From positions 128,001 through 192,000 of the forward strand of contig CAWCNS010000004.1 of NCBI GenBank assembly GCA_963796965.1: a stretch of 64,000 bases of DNA, read 5' to 3'. Made by a program: the position numbers and the translations under genes. This stretch comes from Calditrichia bacterium (GTDB taxonomy: Bacteria > Calditrichota > Calditrichia > JAJRVZ01). Below are positions 45,329 to 56,348 of this stretch, one piece after another; the first letter of the stretch is position 1, and the number at the start of each line of letters is the position of its first letter. The notes beneath the pieces are model-generated. The model did not search any database, was not told where the DNA came from, and worked only from the letters and a program-made list of their open reading frames with translations.

Positions 45329-48147
45329 ATGAAGCAAAAAGATAGTAAACCTTTAAAATTTCATTTTATACCCAATACTCACTGGGACCGGGAATGGCTA
45401 TATGATTTTCAGGAAACACGGATGTTTCTTGTGGAATTCATGGACAAACTTTTGGATATTTTTGATAAATATCCAGATTATAAAACCTATCTTTTGGATG
45501 CCCAAACGGTACCTATTGAAGATTATCTGGAGATCCGACCTGAAAGAACCGATGAACTGATAAGCCGCGTAAAAGAAAATAGATTGTTTATTGGTCCCTG
45601 GTATACGCTTCCGGAAGAGCATCTGGTAAATGGTGAGTCATTGGTACGTAATCTTCTTGTGGGGCATCGGCTGGCCGAAAAATATGGTGGCGTCATGAAA
45701 GTGGGATACAGTCCATTCTCTTATGGTCAGGCCTCACAAATGCCTCAGATTTACCTTGGATTTGGTATTGATACCATTCTTTTTTACCATGGAATAACGC
45801 CACAGGAAACAGCGGCCGAATTCGTTTTTGAAGGAGCAGATGGTTCCCGTCTTTTGGCTTCACGAATGGGATCCAATGCCCGTTACAATTTCTTTTTTGC
45901 TGTTTACAGGCCGACTGTTTTTGGTAAAAAGACTTTGGAGCGAAATTATTACTGGGATGAAAAAGGATTACCCTTCCATCTGGCAGATGAACATCATTAC
46001 CAGGATCATCACATCCTGGTTGATCCGGTAAAAAATATAGACAAGTCTAATCTGGCCCATTCACTAAAGGAAATGAAGAGGGATGAATTAGAACATAGTA
46101 CAACGGAGCATATTGCCTGTATGCAGGGTATGGATAGTACACAACCTGATATTTATGAAATGAAAACGATGCAGGAAGCAGGTGAGATAATGGAAAAAGA
46201 TGAAATTTTCCATAGCAGCCTGCCTGAATATATAGAAGCTATTAAGAAGTCTGTTGACTGGGACAATTTGGTGGTTCTTAAGGGTGAGAGAAGAACGCCG
46301 CGTAAATTAGGAACACGATTTCATTTATATAGCGATGTAACCTCAGCCCGGATTCAGATGAAACGAAAAAATACGTTGGCCGAACAATTGCTCCAAAGGC
46401 AGGCGGAGCCGTTTGCAACTGTAGCGTATTTGCTGGGTGCGGAGTATCCGAAAGCCTATCTTGATAAGGCATGGAAATATCTGCTTAAAGGACATCCTCA
46501 CGATAGTATTGCCGGAACAGGTGTTGATCAAATCGAAAAAGATATGCATCATCGGCTCGATCAATGTCGTAATATTTCAACCGGAATATTACGTCGTGCT
46601 TTGCAAGGGATCCAGAAAAGAATCAACAATTCTGACTTAAACACGAATGAGGTTGCTCTAACCATTTTTAATCCTCACTTGAACCGTATGACGGATGTGG
46701 TCACCGCGGTGATTGATTTGCCGGTAGGGATGGAATTTAAAAACTATGCCATATTTGATGCTGATAATGATGAGGAAATCGAATTCCAGGAATCTAAGCG
46801 CTATGAACATCCTGCGATTGTTCGACATTTGGGAGACGCAACGATGGAAATGAATGCTTTGCGTGTCCATGTTCATCTTAGCGTAAAAGACCTTCCTGCT
46901 TTGGGCTATAAAACATATGTTGTGAAACCGAAAGAAGATTTTAAGTGGTCAGATGGTTCTTTGGTTAGTTCGGAGCGGATTCTGGAAAATGAATTTTTAA
47001 AAGTGACGATTAATAATAACGGCACATTAGATGTTTATGACAAGGCAACAGAACAATTATATCAGGGATTGCATTATTTTCAGGATAATGGTGAAGCAGG
47101 CCACGCCTGGCGTCATGTACCCCCGGCCAGGGATAGGGTAATTACAACCCTGAGTTCTAACCCGGATATTGAATTAGTGGAATCCGGGCCATTATCTTCC
47201 AGCTATTTAATAACCCATACCGGATGCAGATTCCCCTGAATTTAGATGAAGGTAAGGGTGATTATATCAGACGATTAGATGCCGATGGTGATGATGCCGG
47301 ACGTTCTGTTCAGACAAGGGAGTTAGTAATTCAGTCTGAAATTAAACTGACACGGGATTCAATGGGTGTTGCTGTTAGGACGATTTTCAATAATCCCTGC
47401 AATGATCATCGGCTACGGGTTATGTTTCCAACAAACATTGCTGCAGACACTTCATCGGCAGAAGAGCCATTTGATGTGATTGAAAGACCCATCGAACGGG
47501 GACCAGAGAGCCCATGGCGTAATACATGGAATCCAACACATCCCCACCAACGTTTTATAGATGTGAGTGATAAAAAAGTAGGAATGGCGATAATAAATGA
47601 TGGTTTGCGTGAATATGAAGTAACGGATGATAACTCACGGACAATTGGTCTTACACTTCTCCGGGCATTTGAAGTGGCTCTGACTACCGTAGCCTGGCGT
47701 TGGGAACGTCATCCTGAGATGAAAGGCTCCCAATCATTGGGTGAGCATGAATGTAATTATATGATCTTTCCACATGCCGGTAATTGGGAGAATGGGCAGG
47801 TAATGACCCGGGCGGATCGTTTTAATGTTGGATTGCTTCCAGTTCAGGCCGGACCATATGGGGGGGATTTACCAAAATCAAAATCTTTTATAGATTTGCA
47901 ACCTTCAAATCTTATGATTTCAGCAGTAAAGTGTGCAGAAAAGAGCAAAAATGTCATTATCAGAGTCTATAATCCCACTTCTAAACTCATTAAGGGAACA
48001 TTGATGCTTTATAAGCGTCCAATAGCGGCGAGACTGTTAAATTTAAACGAAGAAAAGATAGATAATAATGACTTAAAGATAGATGGTAACAGTATAGAGA
48101 TTGAAGCCGGTGCAAAAAAAATACTGACGATTGAACTGGAATTTTAA
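45329..48147 (+). CDS. GH38 (MngB-like) alpha-mannosidase-fold protein A (frameshift near 47220)
   Basis: THWDREW, GPWY, GESLVRNL, HPHDSI, RLRVMFPT, GLREYE, TLLR; nucleophile motif reads GYSPFSYG. Confidence 0.85.
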
Positions 48148-48365
48148 TTTATTTTATTGTTATGTGAAGCATTCTTTATCCTCTCGCCAAGACGCAAAGA
48201 CGCCGTGTGCTAAGATAAAAGAGTAAAGAGGATAAATTTAAGAATCGAAAAATTTTCTTTTGTTTTTGTTCTCTATCCTTATATTTCTTTGCGACTCTGC
48301 GTCTTTGCGAGAGAAAAATCTAATTGTATAAATTACAGATATAAATAATTTATTAAGGAGCAAAA

Positions 48366-51170
48366 GTGAGCAAGGAAGTAACAAAAAAATCAGAAAACGG
48401 GAAAACCGTACATATCATTTCTAATACACACTGGGACCGAGCCTGGGTATACCCCTTTCAGGAAACGCGTTTATTATTACTGGAATTTATGGACGATCTC
48501 CTGGATTTGCTTGAAAACGATCCAAAGTTTCACTCATTTCTTCTGGATTCTCAAACTATTGCCATAGAAGATTATCTTGATATCCGTCCTGAAAAAGAGG
48601 AGCAAATAAAGAAATTTGTAAAAAATGGAAAATTAATCGTAGGACCCTGGTATAATCTTCCCGAAGAATACATTGTCAATGGCGAGTCACTTGTTCGTAA
48701 TCTCGTTGTGGGACACCGACAGGCTGAAGAGTTAGGAAAAGTAAGCAAAATTGGTTATACACCATTTTCTTATGGCCAAACTTCACAGATGCCTCAAATA
48801 TATATGGGATTTGATATCGATACGATCATTTTTTATCGTGGCATTAACACAAAAAAATCAGAATTTATTTTAGAAGGACCTGATGGTTCTCGTTTACTAG
48901 GTTGCCGATTCGGCGCTCTATCCAGATTTAGTTATTATTTTTATGTTTATCGGATGGCCCGTTTTGGAATGAGCCGGGATGAATGGTGGTATGATTGGGA
49001 TAGGGGAACATTGCCGTTTCGGCTGAATAACGAAAATCATCCCCACGATCATTACTATCCTCTTGACGTAACGCAGGAAAAATTTGATAAATCGGTTATA
49101 CCTAAACAATTAAAAAAATTAATTGATGAAGAGAGTGAACATTTCTCAACCAGCCAGATTGCCTGTATGCAGGGTTTTGACTGTTCTTCACCGGATCCTT
49201 ATGAGAGTGGTTTGGTTGAAGATTGTCAACCAATTGCCAATGAGTTGGGGCATGAAATTAAATTGAATTCCTTGGAAAATTTTATGAATGCCATGCGCAA
49301 GGAAGTAAAAGATCCTGAAGTTATCACGGGAGAAAGCCGTAATCCGGGCGCCACAGGAAAATGGACAAATTTAATGGGCGATGTTCTTTCAAGTCGCACT
49401 AAAATCAAAAGACGCAATGCCCAATCTGAAACCTCATTGCAACGCCTGGCAGAACCCTTCTCTGCCCTTGGTTGGGTGGTGGGTGGTGAATATATGAAGT
49501 CAACCCTGGATTTGTCCTGGAAATACTTGCTTCAGAACCATCCCCATGACAATATCTGTGGGGCAGGGATTGATCAAATGGAAAAGGATATGATGTACCG
49601 TTTTGATCAGTCGGAGATTATTTCCAAAGGTGTCACCCGCCGGGCTCTTTCTGCAGTTCAGAAGAGGATTAACAATACAGATATTGATATCAATGAATCG
49701 GTGATCACAGTTTTTAATCCTAGCCCCTTTGTTAGAAGTGAGGTGATTAGTTTGTCTGTGGACCTGCCTGATAAATCATCCTATGAAGGTATGTCTATCC
49801 GTGATGAAAACGACAAGGCAATTCCCTATACCGAGACCAAACGTGAGCCCTTTGGAACGTTGGTACGAAACCTTCAGGATATCTCCTTACAGTTACGATC
49901 ACAAAGGGTGGATATACATGCTGAATTTGATGATATTCCTGCATATGGTTATAAAACTTATCATTTAAAACGTGAATCATCTGATGTAGAGAAAAGACCT
50001 GTAACCACAGATCAGGCGCTTCCTTCACCGGAAATGGAAAATGAGCATTTAAAGGTGTTGATAAAGTCAGATGGAAGTCTGGATGTGTTAGATAAAAAGA
50101 CAGGGCATTGGTTTGAAAATCAGCATTATTTTGAAGAAACCGGCGAGAGTGGAAACCCCTGGATACATATGTTCCCTGAGAAAAACCAGACATTTAACAC
50201 CATTGATACAGAGGCTGAAATCATCCATTTAGAAAGCAGTGAATTTTTAACCCGGTATTCTATCGGACATAAAATGGAAATTCCCGATGGATTAGAAGGG
50301 AAAGAAGGAAACTATCGCCGTAGTGAGAAAAAAGTTCAGATGGTTATTAAATCGGTTATTACCTTGCGAAAAGGACAGGCCTGGCTTGATATTCATACCA
50401 GCATTGATAACCAGGTAGAGCAGCACCGTGTAAGGGCCTGTTTCCCGACCGGATTAAATGTAAAGAATTCTGCTGCAGAAGCAGCGTTTGATGTCATTGA
50501 ACGTCCTATTATTCGCACAACAGATAGTCTCTATTATGGCAAAGAAAATCCGCAATACCCCATGCATCGTTTTGTAGACATGAGTGATGGGGAAACCGGA
50601 CTTGCCCTGTTTAATGATGGAATCAGAGAATATGAAGCGATTGATGATGATGATCGAACCTTGGCGATAACTCTTTTCCGCGGATTTACCGCCACCCAGT
50701 CACCGGTTATCGATCAATGGGATGTCTATCCCTGGATGAAATTATCTCAATCTCTGGGTCTGAATGAATGGCGGTATGCCATCATGCCTCATGCTGGCGA
50801 TTGGAAAAAAGGACAGGTATATCGTGAAGCAGATAAATTTCAATTGCCCCTGGAGACAGCACAGGCAGGTAAGGGAGGTAAGGATCTTCCCAAGGGTCTG
50901 AGTTTTCTTGAAATTGAATCTGAAGATATCGTTCTTAGCGCCTTCAAAAAACATGAAAAGAGAGAATCTTTTGTGTTGCGTCTATTTAATCCCACAGACG
51001 ATAAGATTCAAACAAAGGTGAAAATTTATTCCCCAATAAAGAAAGCCTGGTTAACCAATATGAATGAAGAACAACGGGAAGAAATTACACCGCTTGATCA
51101 AAATTCTATTGATCTTGTATTTGAACATAAAAAAATCCTCACAGTTGAGGTTGAAGTGGAAAAGATTTAA
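48366..51170 (+). CDS. GH38 (MngB-like) alpha-mannosidase-fold protein B
   Basis: THWDRAW, GPWY, GESLVRNL, HPHDNICG; nucleophile motif reads GYTPFSYG; GTG start after AAGGAG. Confidence 0.88.
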   Translation: MSKEVTKKSENGKTVHIISNTHWDRAWVYPFQETRLLLLEFMDDLLDLLENDPKFHSFLLDSQTIAIEDYLDIRPEKEEQIKKFVKNGKLIVGPWYNLPEEYIVNGESLVRNLVVGHRQAEELGKVSKIGYTPFSYGQTSQMPQIYMGFDIDTIIFYRGINTKKSEFILEGPDGSRLLGCRFGALSRFSYYFYVYRMARFGMSRDEWWYDWDRGTLPFRLNNENHPHDHYYPLDVTQEKFDKSVIPKQLKKLIDEESEHFSTSQIACMQGFDCSSPDPYESGLVEDCQPIANELGHEIKLNSLENFMNAMRKEVKDPEVITGESRNPGATGKWTNLMGDVLSSRTKIKRRNAQSETSLQRLAEPFSALGWVVGGEYMKSTLDLSWKYLLQNHPHDNICGAGIDQMEKDMMYRFDQSEIISKGVTRRALSAVQKRINNTDIDINESVITVFNPSPFVRSEVISLSVDLPDKSSYEGMSIRDENDKAIPYTETKREPFGTLVRNLQDISLQLRSQRVDIHAEFDDIPAYGYKTYHLKRESSDVEKRPVTTDQALPSPEMENEHLKVLIKSDGSLDVLDKKTGHWFENQHYFEETGESGNPWIHMFPEKNQTFNTIDTEAEIIHLESSEFLTRYSIGHKMEIPDGLEGKEGNYRRSEKKVQMVIKSVITLRKGQAWLDIHTSIDNQVEQHRVRACFPTGLNVKNSAAEAAFDVIERPIIRTTDSLYYGKENPQYPMHRFVDMSDGETGLALFNDGIREYEAIDDDDRTLAITLFRGFTATQSPVIDQWDVYPWMKLSQSLGLNEWRYAIMPHAGDWKKGQVYREADKFQLPLETAQAGKGGKDLPKGLSFLEIESEDIVLSAFKKHEKRESFVLRLFNPTDDKIQTKVKIYSPIKKAWLTNMNEEQREEITPLDQNSIDLVFEHKKILTVEVEVEKI

Positions 51171-51239
51171 GTTAAATTAATAATTACCAAATTTGTGTAA
51201 TTATCTGTATTTGAAGCTGAAGAGAAAGAGAAATTACCG

Positions 51240-51806
51240 ATGAACGAGATGATATTAAAAGAATTTGAGGGACACGCTCAAACATTTGAGAAAGTAAGAA
51301 ATATTCTCCCATCAGTTCTTGCTGATGCATGTGAATTAGCCGTGGCAACCATTAATTCCGGAAATAAGATATTATTTTGTGGAAATGGGGGTAGTGCAGC
51401 TGATTCTCAGCATATTGCAGCCGAGTTAACCGGGAGATACAAAAAAGAGCGGAATCCTTTGCCGGGTATTGCGCTGACGACCGATACGTCTGCATTAACC
51501 GCGATCGCAAATGATTATGCCTATGAGGATGTTTTTTCAAGACAGGTTACTGCTTTGGCGCAGAAGGGCGATTTGATTATCGGAATATCTACCACCGGCA
51601 ATAGTGATAATGTAATAAAAGCATTTGATGCTGGTAATATAAAAGGATGCAAAACAATCGGACTAAGTGGAAAAGGTGGTGGTAAATTTAATGGTAAATG
51701 TGATCTCAACGTGATCATTCCATCTGATGATACGGCCCGTATCCAGGAGATGCATATCCTGGTTGGTCACACCATTTGCCAGGCGATTGATAATTTTTGT
51801 GGGTAA
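51240..51806 (+). CDS. gmhA: Phosphoheptose (sedoheptulose-7-phosphate) isomerase
   Basis: [51 protein letters not shown]. Confidence 0.9.
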   Translation: MNEMILKEFEGHAQTFEKVRNILPSVLADACELAVATINSGNKILFCGNGGSAADSQHIAAELTGRYKKERNPLPGIALTTDTSALTAIANDYAYEDVFSRQVTALAQKGDLIIGISTTGNSDNVIKAFDAGNIKGCKTIGLSGKGGGKFNGKCDLNVIIPSDDTARIQEMHILVGHTICQAIDNFCG

Positions 51807-51862
51807 TAATTATAGAAAAAAATAAACACAAAGAACATAAGGGGCATAAAGATTCACAAAGT

Positions 51863-51909
51863 ACCACCCCTGGCCCCCTCCTTACTAAGGAGGGGGAAAG
51901 GGGGAGGTT
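51863..51909. repeat. CCCCTCCTT/AAGGAGGGG-type REP-like hairpin
   Basis: ACCACCCCTGGCCCCCTCCTTACTAAGGAGGGGGAAAGGGGGAGGTT. Confidence 0.7.
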
Positions 51910-52137
51910 ATTATCTTTTTCTCTATGTGCTTTAAGTAAATTTTGTTTTCTCGCAAAGACGCAGAAACTCAAAGATAATTACTTAATAAGTAAAATAAAT
52001 TAATCTATGATCGTATTTAGAAATCTTCTCTTTCAAAATTATAATGTAACTTTGCGACTTAGCGGCTTTGCGAGAGAAACTATACTATAATATTTGATCA
52101 TCCTCTACATTATTGTGAAAAACATGAGGGAAAAGTA

Positions 52138-53245
52138 ATGCCTTATAAACAGTTTGACCGATCAAAATTAAATGTAAAACCATTATCTCAACGTGAAAAT
52201 AAAGTTCAGATCGAACGTGATTATGTACGGTTTGATCAGAAATCTACCGATAAGAGTGAAAATTTTAATACGGTCGTAGGAAATACAGCGGATCGGATCA
52301 AGAAATCACGAGCGAAAAATGCCCCTGTGATGTTAACCTTCGGAGCACATTCAATAAAGAACGGACTTGGCCCCCTGATGATCGAGATGATGGAAAAAGG
52401 ATGGTTAACCCATCTTGCTACAAATGGTGCCGGTATTATTCATGACTGGGAATTCGCATTCCAGGGTAAGAGTAGTGAAGATGTGAAAAGGTATGTTGAT
52501 CAGGGCCAATTTGGTATTTGGGATGAGACTGGTCGAAATATAAATCTGGCACTTATTGTCGGCGCTTTTGAGGGCAGAGGCTATGGTGAATCTGTTGGCA
52601 GTATGATAGAAAATGAAGGGCTTGAAATTCCCTCACAAAAGGAACTTTCTGAATTTGTCTTTGGTTTTCAGGAGAATGATCTGGACAAAGCAGCAGCAGC
52701 ACTAGATCTCCTTAGAGGTGATCAAACGGTTTGACTTAAAGCCCGGTTGGTTGAAAATACCTTTTCCTTCGAAAAAATATTGCGTACAGGCTGCTGCGTT
52801 CCGGTTGGGAATTCCATTTACCGGCCATCCAATGATCGGACATGATATTATTTATACACATCCTATGAATCAGGGCGCGGCTGTGGGCCGTACAGCTTTG
52901 CGTGATTTTTTATCTTTTGCACATTCGGTTCAGGATCTTAATGAGGGTGTTTATATGTCAATCGGATCTGCGGTGATGTCTCCAATGATTTTTGAAAAAT
53001 CGCTGTCAATGTCTCAGAATCTGCATATCCAGAATAATGACCATATGGACAACCATTATATGCTGATTGTAGATTTAGCAAAAAGTAGTTGGGATTGGCA
53101 AAAAAATGGTGAGCCACCTCAAACAGACCCTGGATATTATCTTCGTTATTTAAAAAGTTTTAGCCGGATGGGTGGTGTGATGCAATATTTATCAGCCGAT
53201 AACCGCGATTTTTTATTGGCACTTTATCAAAAGTTGAATGGTTAA
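52138..53245 (+). CDS. Conserved unknown protein with deoxyhypusine-synthase-like fold (frameshift near 52715)
   Basis: TFGAHSIKNGL, HLATNGAGIIHDWE, SEDV, HPMIGHDIIYTHP, SIGSAVMSPMIFEK. Confidence 0.65.
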
Positions 53246-53260
53246 ATTGACAATTTTCCT

Positions 53261-53365
53261 GAAATGCTGAAACCCTGAAACAAGTTCAGGCCAGGCAGGT
53301 TCAGCATGAATCATCATGTCATTCCGAACCCTGACCTGTCGCCAGGACAGGCTTGTTTCGGAATC
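53261..53365. repeat. Inverted pair of GTCA-type REP hairpins, each with a 23-nt nested insert
   Basis: GAAATGCTGAAA[CCCTGAAACAAGTTCAGGCCAGG]CAGGTTCAGCATGA and GTCATTCCGAA[CCCTGACCTGTCGCCAGGACAGG]CTTGTTTCGGAATC. Confidence 0.75.
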
Positions 53366-53483
53366 CCAAAAATGCACTAAAGTATTAAAATATCCTGTTC
53401 ATCCTGTTATCTTGTCCAATATGAAAATTTACATAGACTATTTAATACATATTAAAAATAGAAAAGACGAAGGAGGATAACGT

Positions 53484-54989
53484 ATGCTCCATGGAATTGA
53501 TTATTTTGTAGTGATTGCCTACCTGATTGGCATACTATTTTTGGGTTACTACTTTAAAACTTTTGTAAGTAGTTCAGAGGATTATTTTTTAGGGGGCAAA
53601 AGCTTACCCTTTTGGGCAATTGGTATGTCAATTGTCGTATCCGATATTGGGGCTCTTGATTTTGTCGGTGTATCGGGTCAGGCCTATCGTTATGGTATTT
53701 CCCCGGGTAATTTTGATTGGATTGGGTCAGTCCCGGCTATGCTCCTGGGGGCATTTATCTTTATCCCTTATTTTTGGAAAGCAGGGGTTTATACGATACC
53801 GGAGTATCTTGGAAAACGGTATAATGATTCTGTGCGAACAATAGCCTCATTAACCTGGATTATCTTTTTTGCTTTTGATTTGGGCGTTTTATTCTGGGCA
53901 AGTGCTGTTTTTCTGGAGGCATTGATGGGCTGGCCGATCTGGGTGTCAATTTTTATTACTGCCGGTGTTGTTGGTCTCTATACTTATTTCGGTGGTATTG
54001 CAGCGGTTGTGATGACAGATGTTGTCCAGATGGTGATCATGTTTGTAGGTGGCTTTACGTTGGTTTTCCTCGGTTTTTATCATGTTGGTGGATGGGAAGG
54101 ACTTGTTGATAAAATTTCAGCAATGGGGCCTACCTATCAGAATCATTTTGATCTAATCCAGCCAACTAATACAGAATCCCCATTTCCGTGGACTGGCATA
54201 TTATTTGGTCTAACGTTTGTAATGGCAAATGCCTATATGATTGGTAACCAGGCTGTTGTACAGCGTTGCCTGACTGCGAAAAATGAATGGCATGCAAAAG
54301 CGAGCATGATATTTGCCGCCTTCCTGAAAATGTTAATTCCAGTACTGGTGCTTTTCCCGGGTCTTGTGGCAATTGTGCTTCTTCCTGGATTAGAAGATGG
54401 TGATCAGGCATTACCCCTGATGATTAAAAAACTTTTACCGCCAGGGCTGATCGGTCTCATGTTTTCAGCCTTTTTTGCAGGGTTGATGTCCAGCATCGAT
54501 TCTATGTTAAACTCTACGGCAACACTGTGGACAAAGGATATCTATGAGAAATTTATCAAGAAGGGTGCACCAGATAGACACTATCTGCTCGTCGGAAAGG
54601 TAACGACTGTTGCTATTTTGTTTTTTGGAATTGTTACGGCTCCGGTAAGTGATTCCTTTCCGGGTATCTATGTAGCAATTCAAACTTTTCTGTCATTCTT
54701 CCAGGGCCCCGTATTTTCAATATTGCTTCTGGGTATGTTCTGGAAAAGGACTACACAACAAGGTGGTCTGGCTGGTTTAATCGCTGGCATGATCTCTGCG
54801 CTTTTAATGCACCTATTTAAAGATAGTCTATTTACTATAGAAGAGCCATTCCTCTACGTATCCTGGTGGTCGTTTGTCGTCGGATTTGTGGTTACGGTTG
54901 TGGTCACTCTTTTTACAAAGCCATATGAGGATAGTAAGTTACTTGGATTAGTCTACAGATTAGCAGAAAATACTCAAAAAACTCAATAA
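53484..54989 (+). CDS. Sodium:solute symporter (SSS/SLC5, sugar-type)
   Basis: EDYFLGGKSLP, YTIPEYLGKRY, GGIAAVVMTDVVQ, NQAVVQRCL, AGLMSSIDS; 13-14 TMs. Confidence 0.92.
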   Translation: MLHGIDYFVVIAYLIGILFLGYYFKTFVSSSEDYFLGGKSLPFWAIGMSIVVSDIGALDFVGVSGQAYRYGISPGNFDWIGSVPAMLLGAFIFIPYFWKAGVYTIPEYLGKRYNDSVRTIASLTWIIFFAFDLGVLFWASAVFLEALMGWPIWVSIFITAGVVGLYTYFGGIAAVVMTDVVQMVIMFVGGFTLVFLGFYHVGGWEGLVDKISAMGPTYQNHFDLIQPTNTESPFPWTGILFGLTFVMANAYMIGNQAVVQRCLTAKNEWHAKASMIFAAFLKMLIPVLVLFPGLVAIVLLPGLEDGDQALPLMIKKLLPPGLIGLMFSAFFAGLMSSIDSMLNSTATLWTKDIYEKFIKKGAPDRHYLLVGKVTTVAILFFGIVTAPVSDSFPGIYVAIQTFLSFFQGPVFSILLLGMFWKRTTQQGGLAGLIAGMISALLMHLFKDSLFTIEEPFLYVSWWSFVVGFVVTVVVTLFTKPYEDSKLLGLVYRLAENTQKTQ

Positions 54990-55003
54990 CATGGAGATAA
55001 AAG

Positions 55004-55213
55004 ATGCTTAATTTTGATTGGTTAGCAGGAATTTCCATGCCAGTGGCAAAATCATTTTTTTTAATTTTGTTTGCTATAATTGGCGTATTGGTTCTCTTTG
55101 TACCAAAGGCATATGTATATGAAGGATTAAAGGTGCATCACTGGTATCATAATTTAAAACTCTGGGCAATTGTCCTTCTGTTCTTTATAGGGTATGTTTA
55201 TTATATCTTTTAA
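55004..55213 (+). CDS. Small 2-TM membrane protein
   Basis: GGAG RBS, two hydrophobic helices, directly after the SSS gene. Confidence 0.65.
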   Translation: MLNFDWLAGISMPVAKSFFLILFAIIGVLVLFVPKAYVYEGLKVHHWYHNLKLWAIVLLFFIGYVYYIF

Positions 55214-55308
55214 TCAATAAGTTTACTGTCAAAGAATTCGATTTGTAACTAAAAACAACGTGTGATCTCTCAGTTGATTTTTTTATTTAAATAAATGGGA
55301 AAACAAAA

Positions 55309-55524
55309 ATGGACTTAAAAGCAGAAAAAATAAAGAGCGCTAAGATCAATAAGGTATTGGGTCTGTTTATACTATTTTTTGGCCTTGTTATAATGGTGGC
55401 TATCGTTTTTACAGAAACTGAAATCGGTCAAATGACCAATCTGGTTGCTGGGGTCATTCTGGTATTAATTGGTGGTGGGATGTTGATACAATCTATGAAA
55501 AAATTAAAAGGCCTTGTCGAATGA
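55309..55524 (+). CDS. Small 2-TM membrane protein
   Basis: Two hydrophobic helices; stop overlaps the next ATG (ATGA). Confidence 0.6.
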   Translation: MDLKAEKIKSAKINKVLGLFILFFGLVIMVAIVFTETEIGQMTNLVAGVILVLIGGGMLIQSMKKLKGLVE

Positions 55525-56348
55525 AAAAAAGAAATACGACGGTTATCCTAATTCTTATACCAATCATAATGGTAGTAATAATTTTATTTTCGTGCGCGAA
55601 TAATAAAGTTGAATTTGTGGCGCATCGCGGTGCGTCCCATGATGCCCCGGAAAACACGCTTGCAGCCTTTGATCTGGCCTGGCAACAGGGTGCTGATGCC
55701 ATCGAAGGTGATTTTTATCTAACCAATGATAATGCCATCGTTTGTATTCATGACAAAACAACAAAACGACTGGCTAATTCAGACTTGGTGGTTGCTGAGT
55801 CAAGTCTTGAACAATTAAAAGAACTGGATGTTGGTTCATGGAAGGATCCAAAATGGCGGGGTGAAAAAATACCAACCATCAAAGAAGTATTAGCAACCGT
55901 CCCCAATGGTAAGAAAATATTTATAGAAATCAAATGCGGTCCTGAAATCGTCCCTGAGCTTAAAAAAAGTTTGTCTGTAAGCGAGCTGAGTTCAGATCAG
56001 ACTGTTGTAATCTCATTTGATCAGGAGGTCATCCGGCAAGTTAAACGACAAATTCCTCAAATAAAGGCTTTTTGGTTAACCGGTTTTCGCAAAAACGAAG
56101 ATACCGGGGAATGGACACCGACCTTAGATACGATCCATGAAATACTTAGTGATATAAAAGCAGATGGGTTAGATTGTCGCGCCGGGGAAGTGGTCACATC
56201 TTCTTTTGTAAAATCACTCAAGGATGCTCATTTAGAGATGCATGTCTGGACGGTTGATGATCCGGATGAGGCGCAACGATTAAAAGATATTGGTGTTCAG
56301 TCCATTACCACAAACCGACCGGGTTGGTTGAAGGAACAGTTACAATAA
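55521..56348 (+). CDS. Glycerophosphodiester phosphodiesterase (GDPD) lipoprotein
   Basis: LFSC lipobox, AHRGAS..APENTL, IEGD, HD, IEIK, WTVD, ITTNRP. Confidence 0.9.
   Translation: MKKRNTTVILILIPIIMVVIILFSCANNKVEFVAHRGASHDAPENTLAAFDLAWQQGADAIEGDFYLTNDNAIVCIHDKTTKRLANSDLVVAESSLEQLKELDVGSWKDPKWRGEKIPTIKEVLATVPNGKKIFIEIKCGPEIVPELKKSLSVSELSSDQTVVISFDQEVIRQVKRQIPQIKAFWLTGFRKNEDTGEWTPTLDTIHEILSDIKADGLDCRAGEVVTSSFVKSLKDAHLEMHVWTVDDPDEAQRLKDIGVQSITTNRPGWLKEQLQ

Noticed and set aside
11017..52003. Short intergenic ORFs 11017-11214, 15604-15786, 16975-17199 and 51797-52003
   Set aside because: They mostly read through or beside palindromic repeats, without RBS or protein-like features
6427..52075. 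Short periodic intergenic repeats as a CRISPR array
   Set aside because: Units are 7-9 nt, degenerate and inverted, with no unique equal-length spacers and no cas genes
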